64,000 nucleotides of DNA. Source: Planctomycetaceae bacterium. Lineage in GTDB: Bacteria > Planctomycetota > Phycisphaerae > Phycisphaerales > UBA5793. The notes under the pieces are model-generated. The model had not been told where the DNA came from. It did not search any database and worked only from the letters and a program-made list of their open reading frames with translations. Position numbers and translations under genes: made by a program. The stretch is from contig JBDZVA010000002.1 in the NCBI GenBank assembly GCA_040255465.1, forward strand, positions 418,274 through 482,273, read 5' to 3'. Every line of letters begins with the position of its first letter. The stretch's first letter is position 1. This document shows, one piece after another, positions 32,626 to 44,900 of this stretch.

Positions 32626-33242
32626 GCGAATTGTCCCGCCACACTGCCGGCCGCCTCGTGCTTCGACCCGCCCGCGTCGGTTGCATCAAGCAATTCCGCC
32701 TGTTCGATCACTTCGCGCATCTTTCGGCGAGCTCGATGCAGGTGACTCTTGATTGTTCCTTCGGGCATGCTCAGGTAGAGGGAGATCTCGGAGATGGACC
32801 ATTCCTGCTGGTGGAACAAAAGGACGATTTCGCGCTGCGCATCGCCGAGGCTGGCGAGTCCCACCGCCACCGCCTGCCGGGCGCTGACGCGAGTCTCCAG
32901 GCCGACGGCGTCATGCTCGGGCGAGTTGCCGTCGCTGCGCCACGCGCTCACAATGTCCGTTTCGGCAATCGGGTGAAACTTCTGAACCCAGTTGACATAA
33001 AGCCGCTTGGCGATCGTGAACAGCCAGGTCGAGAAGCGATACCTGGGATCGAATCGATCGAGATTCTTGAGCACGCGCACAAACGCTTCCTGCACCACGT
33101 CTTCGGCGACCTCCGGCCGTCCCGACATGCGCAGCATGAATGCGTACAGCGAGTCCTGATGCGCCCGGATCAGTCCCGTGATGGCGTCGGCATCACCGGA
33201 CTTGGCTCGTTTGATGAGTTGCTGCTCTTGGGCGCGTAGCAT
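32622..33242 (-). CDS. ECF RNA polymerase sigma factor
   Basis: AEDVVQEAFVR..FSTWLFTIA; SISEIS..MPEGTIKSHLHRAR. Confidence 0.92.
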   Translation of the reverse strand: MLRAQEQQLIKRAKSGDADAITGLIRAHQDSLYAFMLRMSGRPEVAEDVVQEAFVRVLKNLDRFDPRYRFSTWLFTIAKRLYVNWVQKFHPIAETDIVSAWRSDGNSPEHDAVGLETRVSARQAVAVGLASLGDAQREIVLLFHQQEWSISEISLYLSMPEGTIKSHLHRARRKMREVIEQAELLDATDAGGSKHEAAGSVAGQFA

Positions 33243-33389
33243 GCGGTGCCTCTATGAGAAGAAGTCAACGTTCTTGATACCGCAGCCGACACCGGTCGTT
33301 GCGGCCTCAGGAGGATACCCGATGACCCCGCCTCAATGCAACCCCCATCTCCGGGGATAGAGTCACTTCCCTGAGAAATCCCATCCCCT

Positions 33390-33923
33390 TTGCCGCCGAT
33401 GCTTCCCCACTTTGACCACCCCCCTGGCGCTCCGACGAGGCGACTCGTGATCGGTTTGTCGGCGTCACGGCGGTTTCGTGGCCTTCAACAGCGCTGGCTT
33501 GCCTCGAGAACTCGTCGGGCCTGCGTGACCCTTGGTGTGCGCAGCGGAGACCTCTCGATTCGCCTGGCTGATGACCATGAAATGAGTCGGTTGCACAAGC
33601 GGCACAAGGGGAGATCCGGTCCCACGGACGTCCTCACCTTCGACTTCACCGATCCGGGTGATTCGCAACGGGGCCATCTCGAGGTGGAAATCATCATCGG
33701 GGCGGAAGTGGCGCAGCGCGAAGCGGTGAAGCGCGGCCACGCGCCTCGGATCGAGGCACTGCTTTACATCATTCACGGCCTGCTCCATTGCCTGGGGCAC
33801 GATGACCATGACCCGAGCCAGGCGGCTGCGATGCACCGCAGGGAAGATCAGGTACTCAAGGCGGTCGGGGTCGGCGCGGCGTATCGCACCGGAGGTCAAC
33901 GCCGGTCCCGCCGACGACTATGA
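33390..33923 (+). CDS. ybeY: rRNA maturation endoribonuclease YbeY
   Basis: PTDVLTF, IHGLLHCLGHDDH; upstream of a CorC/HlyC gene; start uncertain. Confidence 0.88.
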   Translation: MPPMLPHFDHPPGAPTRRLVIGLSASRRFRGLQQRWLASRTRRACVTLGVRSGDLSIRLADDHEMSRLHKRHKGRSGPTDVLTFDFTDPGDSQRGHLEVEIIIGAEVAQREAVKRGHAPRIEALLYIIHGLLHCLGHDDHDPSQAAAMHRREDQVLKAVGVGAAYRTGGQRRSRRRL

Positions 33924-34024
33924 TGCACTGTCGGCATGGCCCGTCGCAGAGGGCGATCGGGAACAAGCCGGAGGCTCCGCTCTGGTCGATCACGCGACCG
34001 GGCAGGAGTTGGATCGCTTGAGCC

Positions 34025-35335
34025 GTGAACGAGGTCCGCACTTCGGTGTCAGATCCCTGGATATGGTTGGCGCTCGTCTCGGCCCTGGGAGGCGGGTACT
34101 TGTCGGCTCTGCAACTTTGCCTCGAGGACTTCACGCGCGGGGAACTCGAAAGCCACCTCGGAAGCGGCAGGAGCGCCGCCCGGCTGGCGTGGCTGATGGA
34201 GCATCTTGACGACCTGATTCTCGCCGTCGCCATCTGGCGTCGGGCGTCCGCGGTCGTTCTCCTTGCAAGCGTGCTGGCGGCTTTTGCGCTGGATAGCACG
34301 CATCCAACGTGGGCGATCGTCGGTTGGTCCTTTGGCGTGTTCATCTGGATCTGGATTGCACACATCGGTCTGGCATGGGCCATTTCCGATCACATCGCGG
34401 CACCCGTCGTAGCCGGATCACTGCGCATTCTGCCGCTGCTGCACGTGTCCATGATTCCCCTCATCGCGCCGCTCAACTGGCTCAACGAGGTCGTCCGCCG
34501 CCTCGTCGGGGCGGAGCTGCGCGACGACCTTGAAGATGAACTGCGCCAGGTCATGGAAGAAGGAGAGCGCGAGGGGCACATCACCGGCACCGAGAAGGAG
34601 ATGATCGAGGCGATTGTCGACTTTCGCACCTGCACTGTCGGAGAGATCATGACTCCGCGCATCGATGTGGACGGGCTCGAACTCACCGACGACCTGCAGG
34701 CGGTCAAGCAAAAGGTGATCGAAGACGGACACTCGCGCTTTCCGGTGTACATCGACAGCCTCGATCACATCGTGGGGATCCTGTACGCCAAGGATCTGCT
34801 GCCGTTCGTCGGCGAGGACTCTTCGGACTTTCGCCTCAAGCCGCTGCTGCGACAGGCGATCCTTGTCCCCGAGTCGCGCCGCATCAGCGATCTGCTCGTT
34901 GAGTTCCGCAATGAGCAGGTTCACATGGCCATCGTCCTCGACGAGTACGGTGGGACGGCGGGTCTGGTCACGATCGAAGACATTGTTGAGGAGATCGTGG
35001 GAGAAATCCGAGATGAGCACGATATTGACGATCTCCCTGAACCTGAAGTCACGCGCAACGACGACGGAACTTCGGACGTTGACGGGCGCGTACGGGTCAG
35101 CGACCTGAACGACGAACTGTCGCTCAATCTCCCCGAAGATGAAGACTACGACACGGTGGCGGGGTGGGTGTTTGCCAGCCTTGGGCGCATTCCGGCTGCA
35201 GAAGAGGTTTTTCGCATCGGCTTGATCGAAGTAAAGGTTTTGGACGTCGAGCGCACCCGGCTGCGACGCATCCGAGTTCGGCTCCTCAGCGATGAAGAAT
35301 CGCCGGTCGCCGCCGATTCGAGTGGGCCCAAGTAG
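34025..35335 (+). CDS. HlyC/CorC family transporter-associated protein (CNNM-CBS-CorC)
   Basis: TM N-terminus; IMTPR, GHSRFPVY, HMAIVLDEYGGTAGLVTIEDIVEEIVGEIRDEHD. Confidence 0.9.
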   Translation: MNEVRTSVSDPWIWLALVSALGGGYLSALQLCLEDFTRGELESHLGSGRSAARLAWLMEHLDDLILAVAIWRRASAVVLLASVLAAFALDSTHPTWAIVGWSFGVFIWIWIAHIGLAWAISDHIAAPVVAGSLRILPLLHVSMIPLIAPLNWLNEVVRRLVGAELRDDLEDELRQVMEEGEREGHITGTEKEMIEAIVDFRTCTVGEIMTPRIDVDGLELTDDLQAVKQKVIEDGHSRFPVYIDSLDHIVGILYAKDLLPFVGEDSSDFRLKPLLRQAILVPESRRISDLLVEFRNEQVHMAIVLDEYGGTAGLVTIEDIVEEIVGEIRDEHDIDDLPEPEVTRNDDGTSDVDGRVRVSDLNDELSLNLPEDEDYDTVAGWVFASLGRIPAAEEVFRIGLIEVKVLDVERTRLRRIRVRLLSDEESPVAADSSGPK

Positions 35336-35494
35336 CGGGATTCGCCTCCATTTGTTGCCGAATCACAGGTTCGACCTCCCAGCCGAGTCGGAGATCGGTT
35401 ATGATCTGCATTGGCTCTTGAGAGTTCGCCGGGACATGGGCCGTTGTCCGGCCAATGGGCGAGCTGCGAATCACTTTCCCAAGGAGGGAATCAC

Positions 35495-36370
35495 ATGAAC
35501 CGATTCAGTTTGTTGGCTGCGGGTGCACTGATGGGCTTTGGCGGTTCGATGGCGTTGGCTCAGCCGATCAACATCGGCGATTTTTCCGGAAGTGAGCAGG
35601 TCATTACCTTCACTCCCGGGTTCGGGGGCCAGAGCGCACCATTCACATACGAAGGGGTGACCTTCTCCGAGAATGGGGGAGGAACGGGCGGGCCGGGATT
35701 CAACGCGAGTATCAACTGGGGTTCGTACTTTGCCAACATTCCAGGCTCCTCGCAAAGCAATGGGTTCAACGACCAGTGGGGTGACAGCCTCATCATCATG
35801 CAACTCCCCAGCGGGATTCGTCGCTTTGGGTGTCTGCTGTCGACGACGCCGATTACAACCTGGACGATGAACCTTTACGACTCGGGTAACAATCTCATTG
35901 GCAGTGACACTCGGACGATGCCGGGCACCAGCCAGGCCGTGTTCATCGGCTACCAGACCAGCGTTGACATCGCGCGCGTCGAGATCGACGAGACCAATGG
36001 CGAGAATGGCAACATTTCGCTGATGGATGATGTGCGACTCGAAGGTGTTGGCGGCGGCGGCTACACCTGTAACATCACGGGCGCCTGCCCCGGCAACATC
36101 AACGTCAACTGGGCCGGCGCTCAGCCCAACAAGACCCAGGGCATCGTCTTCGCCAGTAACACCGGCAGCTTCACGATCAGCAGCGGATCGTGCGCGGGAA
36201 CGCAGCTCGGCCTCGGCACCCGTAACCTCCAGCTGGTCCGCACCATCGGCACCGGCAGCGGTTCGGGCAGCATTGGCCGCGCCGTCGGCTCAGGCGCCTG
36301 TGGCGGTTTCGTTCAGCTCGTCACCGTGGGCAGCCCCTGCGAGACGAGCTCCGTTGGTCAGATTCCGTAA
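35495..36370 (+). CDS. Secreted protein with conserved C-terminal Cys/Gly domain (family member 5)
   Basis: SD AAGGAGG; signal MNRFSLLAAG..ALAQ; GGGGY linker; tail ends PCETSSVGQIP. Confidence 0.88.
   Translation: MNRFSLLAAGALMGFGGSMALAQPINIGDFSGSEQVITFTPGFGGQSAPFTYEGVTFSENGGGTGGPGFNASINWGSYFANIPGSSQSNGFNDQWGDSLIIMQLPSGIRRFGCLLSTTPITTWTMNLYDSGNNLIGSDTRTMPGTSQAVFIGYQTSVDIARVEIDETNGENGNISLMDDVRLEGVGGGGYTCNITGACPGNINVNWAGAQPNKTQGIVFASNTGSFTISSGSCAGTQLGLGTRNLQLVRTIGTGSGSGSIGRAVGSGACGGFVQLVTVGSPCETSSVGQIP
36050..36370 (+). repeat. Copy A of a ~320-bp inverted repeat (tail-coding region)
   Basis: Near-identical to the reverse complement of 38084-38404; encoded tails differ at 9 of 106 aa by my count. 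Confidence 0.9.
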
Positions 36371-36436
36371 CCGCTTCCATGATGGAGCAGCAACGCGGGG
36401 CCGGCGCCTCGCGTTCGACAGATCGTGATCAATGAC

Positions 36437-36468
36437 CGGGGCCCACGAAGATGACTTCGTGGGCCCCG
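36437..36468. terminator. Perfect hairpin between convergent genes (probable bidirectional terminator)
   Basis: CGGGGCCCACGAAG-ATGA-CTTCGTGGGCCCCG; no T-tract. Confidence 0.55.
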
Positions 36469-36497
36469 TGACATGACACGCTCCGCTTGGAGGTGGA

Positions 36498-38003
<1,506 letters not shown>

Positions 38004-38005
38004 TC

Positions 38006-38040
38006 AAAAAAAACCTCACCCCCATTTGGGGGTGAGGTTT
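38006..38040 (-). terminator. Intrinsic terminator of family member 6
   Basis: AAACCTCACCCCC/GGGGGTGAGGTTT stem with an A-run on + (T-run on -). Confidence 0.85.
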
Positions 38041-38083
38041 GTGGTCTCATATGAGATCTGAATTCGAATTCAGGCGAACCGAA

Positions 38084-38404
38084 TTACGGAATCTGACCAA
38101 CGGTGCTCGTCTCGCAGGGGCTGCCGACGGTGACGAGCTGGACGAAGCCGCCGCAGGCGCCGGAGTTGACCGAGCGACCGATGCTGCCCGAACCGCTGCC
38201 GGTGCCGATGGTGCGGACCAGCTGGAGGTTACGGGTGCCGAGGCCGAGTTGCGTACCCGCGCAGGCGCCACTGTTGATGGTGAAGCTGCCGGTGTTGCTG
38301 GCGAAGACGATGCCCTGCTGCTTGTTGGGCTGAGCACCGGCCCAGTTGACGTCGATGTTGCCGGGGCAGGTACCCGTGATGTCACAGGTGTAGCCGCCGC
38401 CGCC
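38084..38404 (-). repeat. Copy B of the ~320-bp inverted repeat
   Basis: Reverse complement matches 36050-36370. Confidence 0.9.
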
Positions 38405-39073
38405 GCTGCCGAGGCCAGTCACGGCGATGTCGTCGTAGTAGGTCGCGGTGCCAAGCGTGAAGAGGTCGATGTTGGCGATCTCGGGGACGCCCGCGTCAAC
38501 AAAGAGGATGCCGGTGGAGACTTCGACGTTGTTGTAGTAGGTGGTGATGGTGTCGTTGTCGATATCGACTTCGCAACGAATCTCGACCCACTGGTCAAAC
38601 GCGATGGGGGGGAAGTTGGTTTCGGTGCGGAGATCGTCCGCAACGGTTCCCGGACCGCCGCCCGCGTCACCCTCGAAGTCGAACTGCAGCTCGATGCACC
38701 AGTCGTACGGGCCGCCGTGGTTGTAGACGTTCTGGAAGATGAAGTAGGTATCGGAGATGAATGATCCGACGGGGATGTACACCCAGGCGGAGATCGTGCC
38801 CGAACCGCTCGTCAACCCGGTGAATGGGTGGATCGCGTCGTCGGCGCCTTCGGCGAGAATCGACCGGCTGCCCGTGTGGGCGAAAGCCGGCGACGCGCTG
38901 CCGCAGACCGCTTCGAGATCATCCCAGCCGGTCCAGCCGCCGACGTGGAAGAGAACCTGACCGTTGGAATAGCCTTCGAAACCATCACTCCAGTCCTGGC
39001 CGAGTGCGGTGTTGCAAAGTCCAGTCACTCCGAACGCCAGAGCCAGTCCAAGTCCTGTCAGTTTGCCTTTCAT
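38084..39073 (-). CDS. Secreted protein with conserved C-terminal Cys/Gly domain (family member 6)
   Basis: SD AAGGAG; signal MKGKLTGLGL..ALGQ; passenger QDWSDGFEGY..GGWTGWD (ConA/LamG-like by pattern); GSGGGGY linker; tail ends PCETSTVGQIP. Confidence 0.88.
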   Translation of the reverse strand: MKGKLTGLGLALAFGVTGLCNTALGQDWSDGFEGYSNGQVLFHVGGWTGWDDLEAVCGSASPAFAHTGSRSILAEGADDAIHPFTGLTSGSGTISAWVYIPVGSFISDTYFIFQNVYNHGGPYDWCIELQFDFEGDAGGGPGTVADDLRTETNFPPIAFDQWVEIRCEVDIDNDTITTYYNNVEVSTGILFVDAGVPEIANIDLFTLGTATYYDDIAVTGLGSGGGGYTCDITGTCPGNIDVNWAGAQPNKQQGIVFASNTGSFTINSGACAGTQLGLGTRNLQLVRTIGTGSGSGSIGRSVNSGACGGFVQLVTVGSPCETSTVGQIP

Positions 39074-40133
39074 AGATTCCGCTCCTTCTGAAAATGGTAA
39101 AAAACTCCCATCGGAGGTCGACGTCCGCCTCCGAACACCATGGCGCATCCTTGCGACGCATTTCAGCGCCCAACGGCCATGCACCGCGGCTCGCTCCGGG
39201 TACTCCCGGAGCGAGTTGTGGATCGTTTTAGAATCGGTCCCGAAACCTGTGCGGGAATGACTCTCCGTCCTACTTATCAAGATAACCGATTCTGAGCGGA
39301 AAGCGAAGCGCAATTCCGAAAAAGAACAGAAGTTACGGGTAGTTTTCCCCTGGCAAGGTTCGGCAGGGCCCCGCCAGCGGCCTGCGGAGGACGCGCGATG
39401 CGCCCGTCATCGCGGAACTGGGGGTCCGAAAACGCCGCCCCAGTCCGAGAACCCTGTCGGTTTGGATGATTTGCCTGTCTGCTGCAAATGCTGTTCTGGA
39501 AAAAGTCGGTATCACTGTCGCCTTGTTATGGTGTTTTTGCAGAAAAAACTGATTCTGATCCAGAGTTCCGTTGCATTTGGCTCAATCTCCTGTACACTGT
39601 GGATGGTAAATGATCGGTTGCTTGGCGCATCATGCGTTTGCGGTACGGAGAGATTCTCTCGCAGGGCAGCACCGATCAATCCACGATGTCTTTGCCGCGT
39701 TTGGTTGCGGATTGCATTGATCGGGAGAATGGCTGAGAGGGGAAAACGGGTGGTGAGACGGTCCTGCGGCTTCGGTCGCATGCGTTTCGCGATCCGAACG
39801 AGTCATGGCGGCAGATGCGGTTTCCACATCTGCCTGGTCTTGAGCCGGGAGTGACTCGCTCTGAGGCCACTGCGAAGGCTGGGCTCGTCTGGAGGGTTGA
39901 GTCTTGAGAGAGGGAGATCGGGGGGAGCAGATGAACAGCGCGTGTATTTCAGCCACCCGCGTGACCCAGCCGTTCGGTGAGCGGTCACACAGCGAATGTC
40001 ATCGGTTTCATGTTCCTTCGAGGCGCTTTGGCGCACGGCGAAGCGGATTCTAGTAGTTTTCCAGTTCTTGCTCGGAGCGGCGCGTTGTCGCTCATGAGTA
40101 TCACGTGTTCTTTCCTAACGGAGAAAAGAAGAA

Positions 40134-41132
40134 ATGACAAAGTCAACGACGAAGTTTTTCCTTGGTGCAGCAGCGGCAACTCTCGCCGTGACCGGTGCGG
40201 TCAACGCTCAGATCGCCTCAGTTGCTCCGTCCGCCAACGGAAACAACGGCATCATCGCTCAGGATGAGTACATGTGGGACGACGCCACCACCGAGAACCT
40301 CCTCGGCTGGACCGCCGGCGGCACCATGGCGTGGATTCAGTGGTTCGACGCCGCGGGCGGCAGCGACACCATCAGCGAAATCCGCATCATCAACGGTTCC
40401 GCGCTGTATCCGGGTTACGGTAACGGCAACGGTTCCCCCGTTTCGGTCGGCATCTGGTCCGATCCCAACGGCGACGGCGAGCCCAGCGATTCGGTCCTTC
40501 TGGCCCGCGTCGACACCACCGTGCAGAACATCGACACCGACACCTACCAGACCGTCGCGATCACTCCGACGGCCGTCACGGGTCGCTTCTTCATCGGGGC
40601 GTGGATTGAGCACGGCCCCGGCCAGTTCGTGGCTCCCATGGACCAGAGCTCGGGCAACATCATCGCCGGTCGCGCCTATGTCTTCGGCAACTACGTCGGC
40701 TACGGCGGATCGTTCAATCCGGACAACCCCGGCGATACGCTCAACAACATCATCTATGAAATGACCAGCATCGGTTTCCCGACGAACTTCTGCGTTCGCG
40801 CCAGCAGCGGCGGCGGCGGCGGCTACAGCCTCACCGTCGGCGGCAACTGCCCCGGTACGGTCAACGTCCGTTGGGCCGGCGCTCAGCCCAACAAGCAGCA
40901 GGCGATCGTCTTCGCGGCTAACACGGGCAGCTACGTTGTCCCCAGCGGCCCCTGCCAGGGCACGCAGCTCGGTCTCGGTACCCGTAACCTCCGCGTCGTC
41001 AACACCGTCGGCACGGGCAACGGCGCCGGTCAGGTCAACGGCAACGCCAGCAGCGGCGCTTGCGGCGGCTACCTCCAGCTCGTCACCATCGCCAGCCCCT
41101 GCGAGACCAGCAACGTGGACCAGCTCCCGTAA
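40134..41132 (+). CDS. Secreted protein with conserved C-terminal Cys/Gly domain (family member 7)
   Basis: Signal peptide; passenger YMWDDATTEN..WSDPNGDGEPSD; SSGGGGGY linker; tail ends PCETSNVDQLP. Confidence 0.88.
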   Translation: MTKSTTKFFLGAAAATLAVTGAVNAQIASVAPSANGNNGIIAQDEYMWDDATTENLLGWTAGGTMAWIQWFDAAGGSDTISEIRIINGSALYPGYGNGNGSPVSVGIWSDPNGDGEPSDSVLLARVDTTVQNIDTDTYQTVAITPTAVTGRFFIGAWIEHGPGQFVAPMDQSSGNIIAGRAYVFGNYVGYGGSFNPDNPGDTLNNIIYEMTSIGFPTNFCVRASSGGGGGYSLTVGGNCPGTVNVRWAGAQPNKQQAIVFAANTGSYVVPSGPCQGTQLGLGTRNLRVVNTVGTGNGAGQVNGNASSGACGGYLQLVTIASPCETSNVDQLP

Positions 41133-41178
41133 TCTGGTTCTCTCAGAGAATCTGACGGATCTCACCTGAGATCACCTG

Positions 41179-41211
41179 CCTCACCCCCGAAAGGGGGTGA
41201 GGTTCTTTTTT
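41179..41211 (+). terminator. Intrinsic terminator
   Basis: CCTCACCCCC-GAAA-GGGGGTGAGG followed by TTCTTTTTT; same stem as the terminator at 38006-38040. Confidence 0.85.
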
Positions 41212-41461
41212 CGCTCCCCGCGGCTCTGATCCAGGGAACGTTTTGCGAAAACGACTACTTCTCATTGTCCAATGTGCTGGCGCATCGCGAGGATAGTGGT
41301 GAAGCCGGAACTCGCAAGGCGGACTCACACGCTCTTCTTCGCCAACTCAGTCAGGAGTGATCCTCCTGTCCCGATTGTCCTGACGGTGTTCGCAGGATCG
41401 GATGGCGCTTCGTGGTCTCGCCGGCTCGCAGCAACCTCGGATCGAGGAAAAGGAGTTTGGA

Positions 41462-41851
41462 ATGAAGTACTCATGGATTATCGCCGCACTGATCGCCCTT
41501 CTGGGAAGCACCTCCGCCTTCGGACAGTGCAGCGACTACCAATTGTCCATTACCGGAACCTGTCCCGGAAGCGTCACGGTGTTCTGGGGCGGCGCGCCGC
41601 CGAGCAGCACGCAGGGGTTGATCATCGGCAACACCATCGGCTCGTTCACGATCCCGCCCGGCCCCTGTGCCGGCACCGTGATCTGCGTGCAGGGCGCCGT
41701 TTCGCTGATCACACCGACCTTTGGCACCGGCCCGGCCGGCGTCGGCTCGGTGAGTGGCTCCGTCTCGTCTGGCGCCTGCGGACGATACCTCGTGGCGGTG
41801 ACCAACTTTGGCTCGCCGTGCAAGGTCAGCAATCCCGTTCAGATCCCATAG
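41462..41851 (+). CDS. Signal peptide + stand-alone conserved Cys/Gly domain (family member 8)
   Basis: SD AAGGAG; MKYSWIIAALIALLGSTSAFGQ followed directly by YQLSITGTCPG..GPCAGT..GACGRYL..PCKVSNPVQIP. Confidence 0.85.
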   Translation: MKYSWIIAALIALLGSTSAFGQCSDYQLSITGTCPGSVTVFWGGAPPSSTQGLIIGNTIGSFTIPPGPCAGTVICVQGAVSLITPTFGTGPAGVGSVSGSVSSGACGRYLVAVTNFGSPCKVSNPVQIP

Positions 41852-41960
41852 CCACCCATCCACCCGCCTGTGCATTCGGGCGCTATCCAACGCTGGCCTC
41901 ACTCTTGCACTCCAAGAGTGGGGCCAGTTTCCATTGGCGGAGCGCCATGACCGGGCCATC

Positions 41961-44900
41961 TTAGTTGGATTGAAGCGTGGTCAGGAATTCGACAAGATCG
42001 CGGATCTGACGATGCGTGAGATGCGGCCCGACCGGGATCATTGCCGAGGGCGGCGTGAACCCATCAGCCAACACGGCGTTGGGGTCAAGCAGGGACTGAA
42101 CGATCTGTTCGCGCGACAGCCGCGAGCCGACCGTCGCGAGATCGGGGCCCGCCTCCCCGCCTGCTCCGTCGATGGCATGACACCGCATGCACGAAACCGC
42201 GGAACTGCCGGTGAATACGGCGCGGCCAGCTTCGGCGTCGCCTCCCACAAGCAGGGACTGTGCGGCGAGCGACGAGAGATCGACGTTTGGCGCTGCGCCG
42301 AGATCGGGGACGCGGTACTTTCGAAGCTCGATCGCGGGCGACGACTCCACCGCCTGGATCGTCTCGAGATACAGCTCGTGTGGAAGCTGTCCCGCCTGCA
42401 GGCGCCTCGCGAGGCCGGCGATTGCGTCGACCGCCTCGGGGGCGTCCATACCCGCCAGACCGCGGATCGCCGCCTGCTGTTCGATGATGGTGGAGCCGTC
42501 GAGCGCCGCAATGAACTCGCGTCGGGCGCGATCCGGATCAATGCGTGCAATGACATCGCGGGCCAGGGCGCGGAGCGCGGGTCGATCGGAGCTCAGAGCA
42601 GCGGCGAGCGCGGTGTCAAAAGTTCCATCGCGATCGCGACTCAATTGGAGCAGGGCCTGGCCGCGGTCCTGATCGGGCAGTGTCGGGTCGAGCACGGCCT
42701 TGAGATTGGCTCCGTTGTCCAACTGGATGGTGTACTGCGCCGCAAGTTTGCGGCCGGCGCTGGCGACCGGGGCGGTCGCGTGCGCAATGAGCCCCGGCAG
42801 TTTGCGCTCCAGCACGGGCACGATAGATGCCGGATCGCGCTTCGATTGATCGACCGGTCGGAAGAATCCATTCACTCGATCGCGCGGCGAGGGATCGGTC
42901 CAGTCCGCCAGCGCGCCCATGGCTTCGAGGCGCATTGAAAGAGGAACGCTCGGATCACGCGCCAGGTCGGCGAGAACGGCGGCATTGCGCGCCCGCCCGA
43001 GCCGCAGGTTGGCGTTGATGGCTCGGCGCAGGAGTGGTTCATTCCCTTTCACCTGTACGCCGGCGCCGATCGGCCGTTCGATCTTCCCATCCGGCAAGAT
43101 CCAGCCGACGGCGACATGGTCGCCACCCGAGCCCTCATAGTGGCGGATTTCGATCCGGTAGCTTCGACCCGCTTCAAGGTGAATCGGTTCAGAAGTCTGG
43201 GAGGGCTGTGCGTCCCATTGATTTTCACTCACCCAGCCGTCGATGAACGCAATTCGGCGCAAGTGAGCAGGGCTCTCATCGGTGCTCAGAGCCAGGACCG
43301 AGTCATCGTCACTGGCGATCTGGAAGCAGTAGTCGCCCGTCTGCGGCGCGACGATGGTTCCGGTGATGCGAGTGATGAAGTCTTCGGCAAAGTTCACCTT
43401 GCCGGCGAGTACGTCGGTTTCGTCTGTTTCATCGGCAGGGATGACGCCGACTAAGTCTAGCCTTTCCAGTGCATCCCTCACGCGGCCTGCGCCGGGAGTC
43501 AGCAGGCGCTTTGATGCGTTCCGGTACCATGTGCGGGTGAAGTGGTGCGGCGAGTGCGCCGCTTCATCCAGATCGAGCATCTCGGCCGACGCGGGCTTGA
43601 GCATCGCCGCGAGGGCCGGAGTTGCGGCGTCAATTTGCAGATCGTTGATGGCGCGGGCGGCCTCGGTGACGAGGCGTTCATCCTTGTCAGCGAGGAAGTC
43701 GGCGATTCGCGGGTCTTCCGCGCGGCGCAGCACGAGCAGGGCGGCAAGCCGAATCGCCGGTGAGTCATCTGCCACATACTTGAGCACGGCATCGAGATCG
43801 TTCATCCAGTACAGCGCCATCACGCCCGCGTGTCGGAGGTACACATCGCGATTGTCGTTCGTCCAGATGAGCGTGATCAGATCATCGATCGCGTTTCTGT
43901 ACTGCAGGTGCCCCAACGCCATGGCGGCAAAATACTTGACGCGCGGCGAGTCATCGAGCAGCGCCTGTTGAAGCGATTCAGCGGCGGGGGCGAACTTCAC
44001 ATCGCCTATGGTCCTGGCCAATTGCGCCCGAACCTCTGGGTCGGCGTCGTCGAGCAGGTCGGCGATGCGGGCGATGGGGAAGTCTGGATCAGTTCGTGGC
44101 AGGTCGCATTGCCGCGCGATGATTCCCAGGCCCCAGATGGCGTGCAGTCGCGCCAGTTGGTTGGCGCTCTGATGCGCCAGGTCGCACAGCAGATCGGCTG
44201 CAGGCAGACCGCGATCAGCCAGCGCGAACTCGGCTCGGAGTCGAACGCGCATGTCGGCATGTTCGAGCAGACGGCCCAGTTCGGCGTCACTCCGGTGTTT
44301 GAAGCCTTCGCGAAAGATCTTCTCGACTTCGCTGACCCGAGAGTCGGCCCGCGTCTGCGGATTCCAAACGGTGTAGATGCGACCTTCGCCATTGCCGGTC
44401 CAGCCGGCCCCCCAGTCGCTGATGTACATCTTGCCGTCGAAGCCGAAGTCAACATCCGTCGCGAGTACGTGCGAGACAAAGGTGTGCTGATCGACCATCC
44501 TGAACCCCGCGCCATCGGGTTGCACGCCAAAAGAGACGATCTGGCTGCTGTCATTGCCGCCGCGGAAGTCGCAGAGAAAGAAGTGGCCTTCATAGCGATT
44601 GGGCAAGCCGACGCCGGGGTAGTAGACGAACCCGGATGGCCCGCTGGTCACGTGCGCGACGGGAGGCAGTGTCCACGCCGGTTGTCCTTCGTGTGGCATC
44701 TCCCAGATGCCTTCCTGGCTCCATGGGCCGCGCAGGTTGGCGCCCTCAAGCGTCTGGTAGCTCATGTTCCAGCCGGTTTCGCCACCCTCGACGATGTAGA
44801 CGAGCCGAGCCCGGTCGCCGGCGTCGGAGTTATTGTCGCCGGTGAAGAGATTGCCGTATTTGTCGAATGCGAGTTCCTGCGGATTGCGCAGCCCGTGGTG

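Noticed and set aside
39333-40036. Short ORFs in the long intergenic region
   Set aside because: Arg/Ser/Cys-rich with no SD or recognisable motifs; mutually overlapping.
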